Shown in pieces: positions 40,809 to 55,525 of a DNA stretch of 64,000 nucleotides; the first letter of the stretch is position 1; the number at the start of each line of letters is the position of its first letter. A program made the position numbers and the translations under genes. Source of the DNA: Diplonema japonicum (lineage: Eukaryota; Protista; Euglenozoa: Diplonemea); contig OZ025701.1 in NCBI GenBank assembly GCA_964019335.1, positions 1 through 64,000 of the forward strand, given 5' to 3'. Under the pieces are notes generated by a model. It was not told the origin of the DNA and searched no databases. It was given only the letters and a program-made list of their open reading frames with translations.

Positions 40809-43122
40809 TCACTCAGTGCCCACCAAGGAGTCCAAGTCCAACATTGTGACTATGGACACGACCTCCTTCATGTTCACAGACAGGGACCCTGTGTGTATTG
40901 TGAAGAATCTACTTAAGCATACCCCAAAAAGGCGGCACGACGAGCACATCACCAGGGTGTTGCTCACACGACAGTACTGTGCGCCCTGCAAGGGGGTTTT
41001 CATCCTGTGCAGCGTTGCTTGCCTCCTCCTGCCTCAAGCTCTCTTTCACAATGTCTTTCGGGTGCTTACTCGACACGAAGGCATGTGGAGGAGGGTGCAA
41101 GTACCACTTCTTCACCCCATAAGGCATTGCGTGCAGGGTTGTGTGCGAACCGACAACAGCACCATCGCCACCTCCGGGCTTCCCAAGCGACAGGTACGCC
41201 TCCTCGCTAGTGTTGAGCTTGAAGCCACTAAAATCATTGAATGTGAAAGACAACTTCTCGATCACTTCTTGTAATATGTGTTTCGAAGGAATCACATCCG
41301 CGTGCTGCCTGCCTAGCACCTTCTTGTCGAATCTTGGAAGCTTCTCCGCGAATGTCCCTGGCCTGTCCTCCGTCGTACTTCTCACGTACTCCTCAGCAGT
41401 CATCACAGTGCTATGCACATCGCTGCCGTACAGGTCTGAATGCAAGAAAGGAGCCACTTTACCACGTAATTTCCCGAGCCTGGAGAGCAGCGCGTCTTTC
41501 CGGAAGGTGGCTGACTGCTTGTTACTGATACCGCCCTTCAGTAACACAGGCTTGCCGCGTATAACGTAGTCTACAAGCAGGTCCAGACCACTCATTTTGC
41601 CGTCACGCACGTCGATCATGCAATTGCGTTTCATGCCCGGCAGGCGTCGCATCCCTTCCGGGGTGGTGTCAGCTGTGCCTTCCCACCCACCATGGTCCTT
41701 CCTTGGTGCACCCTTCACGTGCAGCACCACAGCATCATCTTCCATGTCGCATGGGTCTTCCGTTGTGCACTCTTCCATCAGCTGTGCTAGTTTAGTGCGG
41801 TCCGTCCATGAGGCCTGTGCACATGCGTATTCGATAGGTGTCTGCTGCTTGCTATCCTTGTCTCTTAGGTCACCACCACTTGCAAGTATTGCTTTCGCAA
41901 TGCTATAGTGTCCAGACCCCATCGCGATATGTAGCGCAGTCTGCCCGAATCTGTTGATGGTGCCTACACCGATGCCGAAGCGGAGCAACTTTTGCAGCAC
42001 GTCATTCTTCCCTCCAAGCATTCCAAGAATATGCAGAGGGGTGTGCTGCATGAACCCAATCCTGAAGGCGGCACTATCCATTTGCTGTTTCTGGAAGCTT
42101 TGCTGCAATTTTCCTTTTTTGCTCAACTGCTTGCCAAAGCATGACAGCACGAAACTTGCCATATCGCTTGTCGTGTACGTGTCTGCGATCTCTAGATCAC
42201 TCACACCGCATGAGGCTTTGATAAATCTGTTACTCTTCATGAGATCCTCTTTACTGGCATTAGTCCCCCTCGTTGAGAGGAGTCTCTTGCCGATTGCTGG
42301 CAGAGAATCGCCCAGCATCTTAGTGGCGAGGGCTACAAAGGGCATTCCCGTGAATTCAGGGTCGATCTCTGGTATCTTCTGCAGCACATTCGGCACGTAG
42401 TCCCACAAACCCTGTAGGTAGTGGATGTAGTTGCAGCGAGGCATACGTTAGAAATGAGGAATTCGCTGTACTCCCACAGCACTTGCAGATCCTTGCCGGC
42501 ATGGGAAGGTTGCATCAGATATTCGTAAATGTTCACAGCATCCTGCAAGGCTTGATACAGCAATAGATCATACCTCGGTTCTCCGCGTGTAGCTCGCGTT
42601 GAAAGCCATCAATTTCGCTGCCTCAAGAGAACCCCGAAAGTCTTTGTGGCTGAACAACGTTAAGAACTGGACGCCGCCGTTCTCGAGCAGCGCATCAGAC
42701 TTCGTCTTGTACCTTGCTAGGGTGAAGAGTATCGAGACAGACTCATTGAAAAGTGCGACCGCTTTGGCAGGGCTCTCGGTGAGCGCGTGCAAGGTGCCCG
42801 TTCTTTTAAGCCATGTGGAATTATACCGGAAGTCATTAAGAGCGCTTTCGTAGCAGTCGAGCGAGTCGTGGTAGCTGCTGTGGGCCTTTTGGCTCAAGCA
42901 GCTGCGGAGCTCGTGCTGTACCTCTCGCTCTTTCTTGGTAGGCTTGAACAGCTGGTTGGAGATGTCATCCTTCTTCTTTCGCCGCACGGGTGTTGCCATC
43001 CTAGTGGGCTGGTAGCCCTCCTCACCCATCATGTCGATGTAATCTTCCTTCAACGCTGCTATGTCCTCCTGCCCCATGCACAGCACGGCACAAAACAGCA
43101 AGAAACAGCGGCATCGTATCAT
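40809..43122 (-). CDS. Signal-peptide protein with TPR-like helices, ankyrin repeats and a C-terminal JmjC/cupin-8 (JMJD8-like) domain
   Basis: Signal MIRCRCFLLFCAVLCMG. Ankyrin motifs HTPLH, GQTALHIA and QTPIEYA. JmjC-like DYVIRGKPVLLKG, YGVKKWYLHPP and CEQHPGDVLVVPPFW. GTATG introns near 42573, 42447 and 40922. Confidence 0.8.
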
Positions 43123-43503
43123 CTCCTAGAGTGGTAGTGGTGCACTATATATATTCAAAGAAGCAGTAAAATATAGACAGAGAAGTGGTTAGAAGACGTA
43201 TCCAAAAAATAAAACTCCATATTCGTAAATGGGGCATTCCTCGAGCTCCAGAAAGGCACCAACATTTATGCTTGGATTGGCATGCAGGTCGAAAGACATG
43301 ATTTACTTTCCTTCATGTGGCATTTCGACAAGCGGCAAACAATTCTCTACGCCATGCGATCAAAGTCGGCTTCAAACCGTTTTACGAATATGGAACGTCA
43401 AACTAGGCAAGACTTGCATGCGTCGCCCGCCTCCAAAACGGCAGGCGATCCTTCTTTGATAAAAACACTATGCCATCAGCCTAAGCGTTGTCTGTCCTGA
43501 GAT

Positions 43504-44804
43504 TTAGAAATTCCATGCATCCTTGAAATCATCACGCACATCTTGATGTTTCAGGGTGAGCTTCAAGTTCCTCCACATGTCTTGCCTTGCTCTAGGCAGC
43601 AACAGCGCGCCCTCGGCCACTGCATCGTTGGAGTACTCATGAGCACCAAACACAAACTTGTGTGCTAAAGCAAATAACAACATCTCGCAACAGATGAGGA
43701 AGTCCTGTTGAGATGTAATATTATAGGTAAAGAGCACACCTGCCAGCCTGCGGCGTCGTCGTCCCATTGTGAATTCTTCTTAAACACCCCCGCCGAGTCG
43801 AGGATTGCGATCAGCAGCGACTGCCAATAGGATAGGAACAACACACCCTTGATACACAGGAACTTCATGAAGGGGTTGTGCGCCTTCAAAAGCTCCTTTG
43901 TGCTGACATAGAAATACATCAAACCGTACAACGCCAGAGTGATCGACACGTTGTAGACAAAGGTAATGTACACGTAACCCTGCAGTGGTCGCGGTGTGGT
44001 GATATTACATACATATTCAAAGTCAAACAGCTTGTCCGGGTTCTTGTATTTGCCGTTCTCCGCCAGAACGATAATGATGAGCGCACAAAGCGGCTTCAAC
44101 ACCATGAACTGCAGGATCGAGATCCTAATTCTGTGTAAGGTCTTTGGGTTGAAGCCGTACGGTTTCATCCGGCAGAACGGCCATGGGTGTAGCTGAGGCG
44201 ATGCGCCTGGAAAAAAGAAAGTTAACCCCAACCCCTGCAAATACCCTCAGCCATGAGTTCCCTGAGAAGACAGTCGGTGCCTCCAAGCAGCCCGATCATG
44301 AGCGAAAAGAAAGTGTATATTGCGTAAGATTCATAAGTGTCCCGAATCAGGTCTAGTACCGTTGCCGCACCTTGGTGGTTCATAGCTATCCAACTAGTGA
44401 TGGCGTAGAGGGGCACCATGACCAGGATACGGATAATGCGTGACTGCGTGTGTGGTAAGAGTTAAGAGGTAAGAGAGGGAACATGCAAATACCTGAATGT
44501 CGGGGTCCGCGAAGGCGGTGAGATGCTCCATTATCTGAAATACCGAAAGCACGGTGGCGAGAGCAGCACAATACCCACCGATGATGTTGGCGAAGTTGTC
44601 GCCGTCGATCCACTTCAGCGACAACCCAATAATCGCGAGAAGAAACCCTACAAGCAAGCTGCCTGACCCAAGACACACAAATACCTGCCTGCGCACCTTC
44701 ACCTTATGCAGCTCCCTTTCCCTTTCTTCTGTGTCATTCCTGTCGCTCTCCACACCATCGGAGCTAGAATAGGTGTTGAGACTGGATAGTGGCAACGGTT
44801 GCAT
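43504..44804 (-). CDS. TMEM184 / organic solute transporter alpha family membrane protein
   Basis: Motifs QIMEHL, IIRILVMVPLYAITSW, IRDTYESYAIYTF, ILQFMVLKP, KFLCIKGVLFLSYWQ and QDFLICCEMLLFALAH across five or six exons. Confidence 0.92.
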
Positions 44805-45231
44805 TTCCTTACGAGAGTTGAATAGCTTTAAGAGAAAAGAAGGAAATGAATAACAAAAGAAAACTGGAAAACTGAACAAAAAAGAAAAGAAAATACAACG
44901 TAAACAATAATAAGAGATGCTTGCCTGAGCTAAGCCTAGAGCAGAATGAAAAAAGAAAGAATGGGCAAGTCATTCTTTATCTTTTGGGCAACGGTTATAA
45001 ACGTTTTTTTTTTTTTTTTTTTTTTTTCTTCATAGTTAATAGAGGGTGTTTGTAAACGCTGCTGACATTCCTTTTTTTTGATTCTTATAAAAAGGCGACG
45101 TGTTTCTGTTCATCATATAAAAAAAACTTCACTAACATTATCTTCTTCAGAATTCCATATTTGTAAAACGATTTTTCTTTTTCTCTCTAACTATCACCAC
45201 TCCAGTGCATAGCCACATTACGGACTAGGTT

Positions 45232-46885
45232 CTAGTTCTGCGAATCTCGGGGTGCTGCAACACCTTGTATGCGCCACTTGTTGTCGACGAACTCCACCTC
45301 CCATACGAGCGTAGCCGTCTTGCACACCACAGGGACTCTCACAATACAGCCTGCTGTGCAGTAAGGTCCAAATACATTAGGTGTTCCCACTTTCAGCCTG
45401 TGCTTAAGGAGTGGCCTCAGGTCTTCGAGAAAGTGCTTCTCAGCCAACCTCCTAGCTGCAGATGTGTACATGTCACGTGCCTCTTCAAGGTTGCCCTCTC
45501 TGATCAGCCTGATCTGCTTATACACCATCCCCTTTGGGTCGTGTGATTCCACGGGCGACTCCGGCATTGCACTGTCTAGTGAAATCAACGATGATCGCGG
45601 CGACGAAGGGGCACGGGGCAGACTCTCGGCTATCTTTCTTGCATGCTTAGAAGTGCTTGTCTTTTCATGCCTTGACTTGCTGACCTTCTTTTCTTGATGC
45701 CTCACATCTCTGCTTCTTCGCGTCTTGTACGTGGACTCTGAGGGCGGCATGCTTTCCATGCTCAGATCAGACGCCTGCTGTGGGAGGACCCTGTAGGGTG
45801 CGTACATCGGGCTGAAGTTGTGCTCGACGCTCGATGCACGGGTTGCACCGTAGTGCATGGCCACTTCATGCGGGGTGTACACAGATTCCGTGAAAGGGAT
45901 CTCATGATGCTGCACATCTCGCCTGTCGTGCTTCAATGCCTCGTGAGGCGCGAACATGCTGCTGTGGCTGGCATCGTGGGTAGTGCTGCCCTTCGGTGTC
46001 TTAATACTGACACCCAGTTTTGTCTCGGGTCCAATTTCAAGCATCTGGCCCTGTGCGCCATATCCCAACACAAGCTCGGCAATGGCCTCCACAGCAGCAA
46101 CGGCCAGACCACCGCCTTCCTTCCCGGCAGCACTCAGTCCTATTGCCGCGTCACCACCCTCAATTGCTATGAACACCCGACCGAGTGCGCATAGCGATTC
46201 CTGAAGACCGCTCTCTATGAGTTCTGTTTCAGCCGCATCCTTGCCACTTCCGCCCACCACGATAATGTCAGGCGCTAGATCCGCTAGAATGTCTAACGTA
46301 AGCTTGATGGGCCTCCCGCCACGGTCCTTGTTCGAAACACCTACGCACACACCGCCAGCGGCATTGACAGCCTCAGGCATCCAGTAGCCACAGCTGTAAA
46401 TAATACCGTTCGAGGAGACGCCCTGCAGGACCGACACTTTCACCATCTTCTTAACTGTTCTTTGCTGCGCTGCGCGTGCTACATTTTCAATACGCTGCAT
46501 CAAAGCAGCTGTCACGCTTTGCGCCGCCCGTTTCTCATTCACAGCCACACCCAACGTTGTTACCAAACCAATGGAGTTTACCAAGTCGCACACAACAGGA
46601 ACGAATTTCACAGAATCCGTGCCCGTGTACCTCCAGTGCTTGTTCTCTGGTGCCAGCACAAGGGTGGCATCTTCAATATCCGTGTTGCAAATCTCAGGTG
46701 CTTGGTCGGGGTGGAAGCTGTTCAGACCCACCACTGGGATGCGCAAAGCTACCGGAGGCCATTGGCAGCTTCGTGACCTTCCAATTAAGTAATGGTGCAC
46801 ACCCAGCCTGCAAAGCGCATCGGTTGCGGCAGGTACAAACGATACTATTTTATGATCCCTCTGGCGTCGCGATGGCATGAAAGTC
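45232..46885 (-). CDS. BtuF/cobalamin-type substrate-binding-protein-like domain + disordered linker + small C-terminal alpha/beta (DUF4864/NTF2-like) domain
   Basis: Motifs KIVSFVPAATDALCRLG..LIGRSRSCQWP, CGYWMPEAVNAAGG and LADLAPDIIVVG resemble the RIVSLLPSATE..GHWVPE..AGG..PDVIVV pattern of BtuF-like proteins. May be the 3' part of the PDZ gene upstream. Confidence 0.65.
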
Positions 46886-46952
46886 CTGTGGTGAAGTGAC
46901 ACCGTGATAAAGTCTGGATACAAATACAGTACAATAGTTACAGATACAGCGC

Positions 46953-47900
46953 TTACAGGAATCTACTCTGTCTGGTAGGGCTGATGCTCCTGTCGCGTGT
47001 GTTATGAGATGTAGCGCGCCTGCCAGGGGAGTTCGAGACCCCCCTCTTGCTGGGCGACCTGTCGGTTCTTGTTACAGTGATGGACCGTCTGCCCTCGGGC
47101 CTTCGCGCAGACCACCCCAGTGTTAGCATCACTGTCATTGTCACTGGCTTCGAAGTAAGCTCGTCCTCTCGATGGATTCTAAAAGACAGCTGGTGTCCAG
47201 GTCTTGTCTGTGTTGACCTTTGTTAGGCAGTGAGACATACTGCGGAGTGGCCTTCTGACCCGTACCCGAAGATTACTCGCCTAAAGCTGTCCCTTGTTGG
47301 CGTGGAAATCCCTGCCACCTCTGAGATCACGTCGCCTTTTCTGATCCCTGCCTTATCGGCGGGCCCTCCCGTCACCACAGACACTACCCACACCCCGGCA
47401 ATGTCATATGGCTCGCCTTCAGAGAGCTCGACACCTACCACAGGGAAGCCTGCTGTGCATGATGGCTATCAAAACCATACCTTGGCTGCTCAACTCTTGC
47501 TGCAACATAGTGTTGAAGCTCCTCTCCTTCACAAGTCCATACTCCATGTCCCCGATCTGCATTTTCAGGGTGTTGGCATTCGCCTCACTTTCTTTCATCC
47601 TCCGTAGGCTCTCTCCCTCATGTACTAGCAGGTCTCGCTTAGTTTGGACCAACTCATGCTCCATCGCAGCCCGTTCCGCTGCCAGTGTATCCCCCAACAT
47701 AGACATCTTCTTGCTGAGCAGCACTTCTACTTCTTCTCTCTTGTTTTCTATCTGCTGCATGTCTGCCATTGCAGCCTCCATCGCCGTGCGGGCACGCTTC
47801 ATGTCGCTGCTCAGAACGAGGAGCCTGAGGTGCTGAGGTGTTTCAAAGAAATAGGGACATACTCTTTCTGCAGGGAATCTATTTGGCGCAAGGTGTCCAT
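46953..47900 (-). CDS. Coiled-coil + PDZ-domain protein, 3 short introns
   Basis: Spliced reading MDTLRQIDSLQKELLVLSSDMKRAR..GFPVVGVEL..GVWVVSVVTGGPADKAGIRKGDVISEVAG..RPGHQLSFRIHR. Confidence 0.8.
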
Positions 47901-47981
47901 TTTCGTGCCACCCCCCTTTTAATTAAACTGAGAAGCGCGAATCAAATACTTAAAAAGAGAAAAACATGCCCAGCAGAGCAC

Positions 47982-48869
47982 CTAGTGCATGATACTCTTC
48001 CCAAGACGGTAAAGAGTTGAGAACACCTTGGTACGCAAGATGGTGTACATCTCGCCTACGCAGACGGCGATGGTGAAGCACATGAGCTGGTCGTCGGACG
48101 GCCAGTCGTTCGTGCCGATGTAGCTGCGGATGGTTGCACTGAAGCGGTCTATGCCGTTGTTGACAAAGGCGGGGTACCAGGGCCTGATCATGTCACCGAC
48201 ACCAAGCTCCGCGAGGATGTATGAGAGGAGACAGATAACAAGAAAGGTCTCAACCCCTACAAGAATGTGCCTCACGAGGTAATCGGAGCCCAGCACTTCG
48301 CTCTGAACGTCGTCGAAGGTGTTCTGCCCCTTCATGTGCACATTGCGTCTAATTCGTGCCGCGGCGATGTAACCACCCACCATCAGGTACGGGCTGCGAA
48401 GCACAAAGAACCCCCAAGACCATAAAAAGCTAGACATGATAACTACATATACCGACCTCACGGTCTCAAATGGGATGAACTCGTGCAAAGGGTAGCTGTG
48501 CACCACTGCTTTTGCCATCTCCATATCGACGAGCCCAGCAGAGTGCAGGCCAACGCCCAGCGTAGTCCATGCCGCAGTGTCGAGGCAAAGAACCACAACA
48601 CCACCTCTCACGAAGTATTTCTTCAGTTCAACCGGTGGTCGTTTCTTCGACTTTATTTTTACTTCTCTCTGCGTCACTGGGTTCACAGGTGTTGCAGGTT
48701 CGTTTGGGCGCTCGTCCACCTCTCTCATCATATTGCGCGTTGCGTGGCTTTTTACATTCTTCACTTCTGCATCTCTTTTGAACAGGTTCACTTTCCTACC
48801 TGAAGCCCATCTCTTCCCGCACCTCGCAACCCTGGTAAAGGGCATCGGCCGTAGAAGCAGCATCTTCAC
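47982..48869 (-). CDS. Hypothetical membrane protein, probably mitochondrial
   Basis: Arg-rich presequence-like N-terminus (MLLLRPMPFTRVARCGKRWAS) and about four hydrophobic segments, possibly as two similar halves. Confidence 0.6.
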   Translation of the reverse strand: MKMLLLRPMPFTRVARCGKRWASGRKVNLFKRDAEVKNVKSHATRNMMREVDERPNEPATPVNPVTQREVKIKSKKRPPVELKKYFVRGGVVVLCLDTAAWTTLGVGLHSAGLVDMEMAKAVVHSYPLHEFIPFETVRSVYVVIMSSFLWSWGFFVLRSPYLMVGGYIAAARIRRNVHMKGQNTFDDVQSEVLGSDYLVRHILVGVETFLVICLLSYILAELGVGDMIRPWYPAFVNNGIDRFSATIRSYIGTNDWPSDDQLMCFTIAVCVGEMYTILRTKVFSTLYRLGKSIMH

Positions 48870-49040
48870 TGCAGATTGGTACTGGTTTGGTTATAAAGGA
48901 CAGAAAAAAAAAATAATGAACGACTGAATTTACTTTCCATTTTTTCATTCGTTTCGCTTTAGTACAAGACGATGGGGCGATGGGTGGCTATACATTGACA
49001 TTGATACATCTGATGACCCAATTGGCTGATTGGCTGGGAT

Positions 49041-52261
<3,221 letters not shown>

Positions 52262-52474
52262 CGTCCCCAACACCTTGAAGTATGTTAGCGGTAGTTTTAC
52301 TATAAGAAAAAGAAAGGCCACTACAGGGCTAGAATGGTTTCAAAGGTTCGGGTAAAAAAAAAAAAAAGGAAGGGGATACAATACAAAAAAAAGTGGGTAA
52401 GGCGAGGTCAGAAAAATAATCTTACCTTCGGGGGGGGGGGGGGGGGGACAACTTTTTGTTTTTTTTTAAAGCCA

Positions 52475-52945
52475 TCAACCGCTGATTTCCTTTGTAGGGG
52501 ATAGGATTCTCCTGGGAGACATCTGGGGGGACTTCAGTGGCGACTGCTTCTTAGGCGACTGCTTTTTAGGCGACTGCTTTTTAGGAGAAGGTAGTTCTTT
52601 CTTGGGGGACAATTTCTCGGTCTTGGGGGATGCTGGTTTCTCAACTCTCTTGGACTTCTTAGGCGAGTTCTTGCCTTCCATCGCAAGGTCCATCCTGCGC
52701 TTGCTGGTCACAACACCCATGTACCACATGAAGTGCTTAGGGTGCACATCCTTCTTGTAGCACGAGTTGCACAAGTCGTAGTCGTCGCACCTCCCGCAGC
52801 GAAACCTCTTGGAATTCGCTCGCAAATCGTTCTTGCAGTGGTCGCATTCAAACACTAAAAAGTCAACGGCACCCCTTGTGTGCACTGGGACTGGCTCCCC
52901 CTCAGGAGGTGTCTTTACTTGCTCGGGGAGCACCCATTTCGCCAT
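52475..52945 (-). CDS. Short ZZ zinc-finger protein with SPKK repeats; paralog of the N-terminus of the downstream gene
   Basis: MAKWVLPEQ..TPPEGE..FECDHC..RFRCGRCDDYDLCNSCY..HFMWYMGVV, followed by SPKK/QSPKK repeats. Confidence 0.8.
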   Translation of the reverse strand: MAKWVLPEQVKTPPEGEPVPVHTRGAVDFLVFECDHCKNDLRANSKRFRCGRCDDYDLCNSCYKKDVHPKHFMWYMGVVTSKRRMDLAMEGKNSPKKSKRVEKPASPKTEKLSPKKELPSPKKQSPKKQSPKKQSPLKSPQMSPRRILSPTKEISG

Positions 52946-53940
52946 GTTTCTTCTGAGTGGTTGTTGGTGACGAAGAAAAAAAAAAAAGTGCGTTGTACTT
53001 TACATCAATCCTCACTCACTGCATTCTTTCCCCCCCTTTTTCTTTTTTTTTTTTTTTTTTTTTTTTCCTTCTTCTTCATTCTGCGGCAAACATTGCCGTA
53101 GCCTTAAATTTAAATTAATAACCATTAAAAGGACGGGGGGGAGTTTTCTTTTTGAGCAAATAAAAAAGAGTCACCATCGGCTTTTTAATTTTTTCTTGTG
53201 TAAAAAAAGTCATTGATGCCTGCAGTGCGGACCGGGCCAGATCAGAGGCCAAAAATGATGTCGACAGAAAGAAATCGCGGAACTACGCTGTTCTGTGGTT
53301 CTGTGCAAGGGTGCAGTGGTGGTGCTTCACATGTCTTTGCATAAGACTAATCTTTTTTGATTGCTAGATATCTAGCGCTTCGTCCTTTAATGGTCAAAAG
53401 CATTGGTCCTTCTTATATATTCTTTTATTTTTATTTTTTTTTTTTTGCAACAGTATTACGGCCGCAGGATAGGGTCCAGAACACTACCGACTGAAAAAAA
53501 AAAGGGGGATTTCTTAGTTTTTCTTTTTTTCGTTACTCTTTTCTTTATTAAAAAGCTTCGCATTTGTTTTTCACCCTTGTATGTCATCTTAAAAAAAAAA
53601 AAAAAGAAAACAGCATAGCTTCGATAAAATTTCGATAACCTTTTCATTCTTCATTCACATATTTCCCCATTTTCTTTACGTGCCTTAAACGGTGGCGGCT
53701 TCCCGAAAAGAGAAAAAAAAGTACTCTTAACAAACCCTGACTGCATAAAAATGCTCCGATTCTGTGGGGGCAAGAAAAAACTGATTAGGCATTATCGGGT
53801 TTCAGGGATAAAAACCTCAAAAAACAAATCCAGATGACCATTCCTAAGAACTGCACCAATGAACCCCTTTGAAACTAAAAGAATTATCGAAATAAATCAT
53901 GGAAGCTATGCAAGCAAACACCCCTGACCCCTCTCGTGTA

Positions 53941-54908
53941 TCACAGTATGACGCACTTCCGCTTCTTCCCTTTCGCCCTTGACTTCCCCTTATCGGTGTT
54001 GGTTCTATCTAGGGTGACCTGTGTGTGTGGACTTGACCTCAAACAAAAATAAATAAGTTATTCATGCCTTCGGTGCTTCCGCGAAGCCTTCCTTGCTGGG
54101 GCCCTTCTCCCCACTACCGTTCTTGCCGCCTATCGCCACTGCCGCCTCGTTCGCAGTAGTGTCCCTGCCATCAGTGAGCCACGCCTTCGCGAGGTACATG
54201 AAAACCTTATCTACATTGAAGTTCTCCTTTGTGGATATTCTGATGAAGTGGAGCCCCAGCCGTCTTGCGAGGGCGTCCGCCTCGTCGGGCTGCACCTGCG
54301 CGTTGTCCATCAGGTCGACCTGCAAGGAAGAAATCTTTACTCCCCCACCCCCCTTTTGTTTACCTTTGTTTGAACAAGACACATTGCGGGTGGGTGCTCA
54401 ACTACCTTTTCCACCTTCTTCTTCCAGGTTTCAACTGCTTCGAAAGATGCTCTGAGGTATTTTAAAAGAACAAAAGAAGAAGAAAAAAGAAATTCATGCA
54501 GCTGGGTAAGCTCAACACGAAAATGACGCCTTGCCTACGAACCTAGACACTCCAAAAAAGAAACCCACACACACCTATCGGTAGTTGAGAAGGCCAAAGC
54601 GCATGCACCAGCACCTCGATAATAGTTCTTGGTGAGATCTGCGAACTCCTCCTGGCCGGCGGTGTCCCACAGGTCCAGCTGGATGTCCTCATTGAGGTCG
54701 TCGATGTGGACCATTTTCATCATGAAATCAGCACCTGTGGTGTGAGGGTACAAGACAAAGGTAGGAAGGCATGTGACACACCAATCGTCTTCTTATAGTC
54801 TGCGGTAAACTCCCCTTTGCAGTATCTTGTTAGCATCGATGACTTGCCCACCTCACCGTTCCCCACCACGATCACCTTGCACTGTGTGTCCACATTACTA
54901 CAATGCAT
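53941..54908 (-). CDS. RAB23: Rab23-like small GTPase
   Basis: Motifs KVIVVGNGEVGKSSMLTRYCKGEFTADYKKTIGADF, WDTAGQEEF, YYRGA..AFSTTDR, TKVDL and ISTKENFNV. C-terminal KKRKCVIL CaaX. Four introns; start codon approximate. Confidence 0.88.
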
Positions 54909-55525
54909 TTGTGCCTGTCGGCCCTCCCTCCTCACTCTGTCTTGGTTGTGAGAATAACAACTCTTAAGGAAAAAAAAACGCGGAAAAAAAAAGAATGGAT
55001 AGGCTTTAAAGAACGGTGTGGTAGGGTGAGACAGGAGAGAAAAAGGAAAAGAAGGGGGGAAAAGCAACATGGAGACCAGAATCGTGAAAGAGATGATGGG
55101 GGGAGAAGCCCGCCATAAAAGAAAGGTTGTGTGGGGGGGGGGGGGGGTAAAAGCTTTGCTTTTCTTTTTTCCTTCTTATTCCTCTCTTTCCTCCTCATTT
55201 TTTCCAATCTCTTCTTCTTGTATAAAAAAAAAAACACACTCCTTCTTTTTATATAACTAAAGCACAAATATGGTCCTGCAAGGGTAGAACAGCGCAGGGT
55301 AAAAAAAAAAAAAGAAAGAAAAAAAAAACAAATAAGAATACTGTGCTGAAAGTCAAGAAAAAAAAGAATGAGGAAAAAAAAAATACTGGGACATCTCGTC
55401 TCAATGAAAAAAAAAGATCGTTCCTACCACTCCCCCCCCCCCCCCCCCCCTTCTTCCTTCTGAACTTACATTTTCAATAGTAGCCCTAATTATAAACCTT
55501 TTCTTATTTTATCTTTCAAGCCCCA

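Noticed and set aside
40774-40817. ~20-bp tandem duplication around the stop codon of the ankyrin-JmjC gene
   Set aside because: A real but small local duplication with no evident functional consequence.
45232-46885. Bacterial contamination suggested by the BtuF-like ORF
   Set aside because: It is embedded among intron-containing eukaryotic genes on the same strand, with similar composition and no operon partners.
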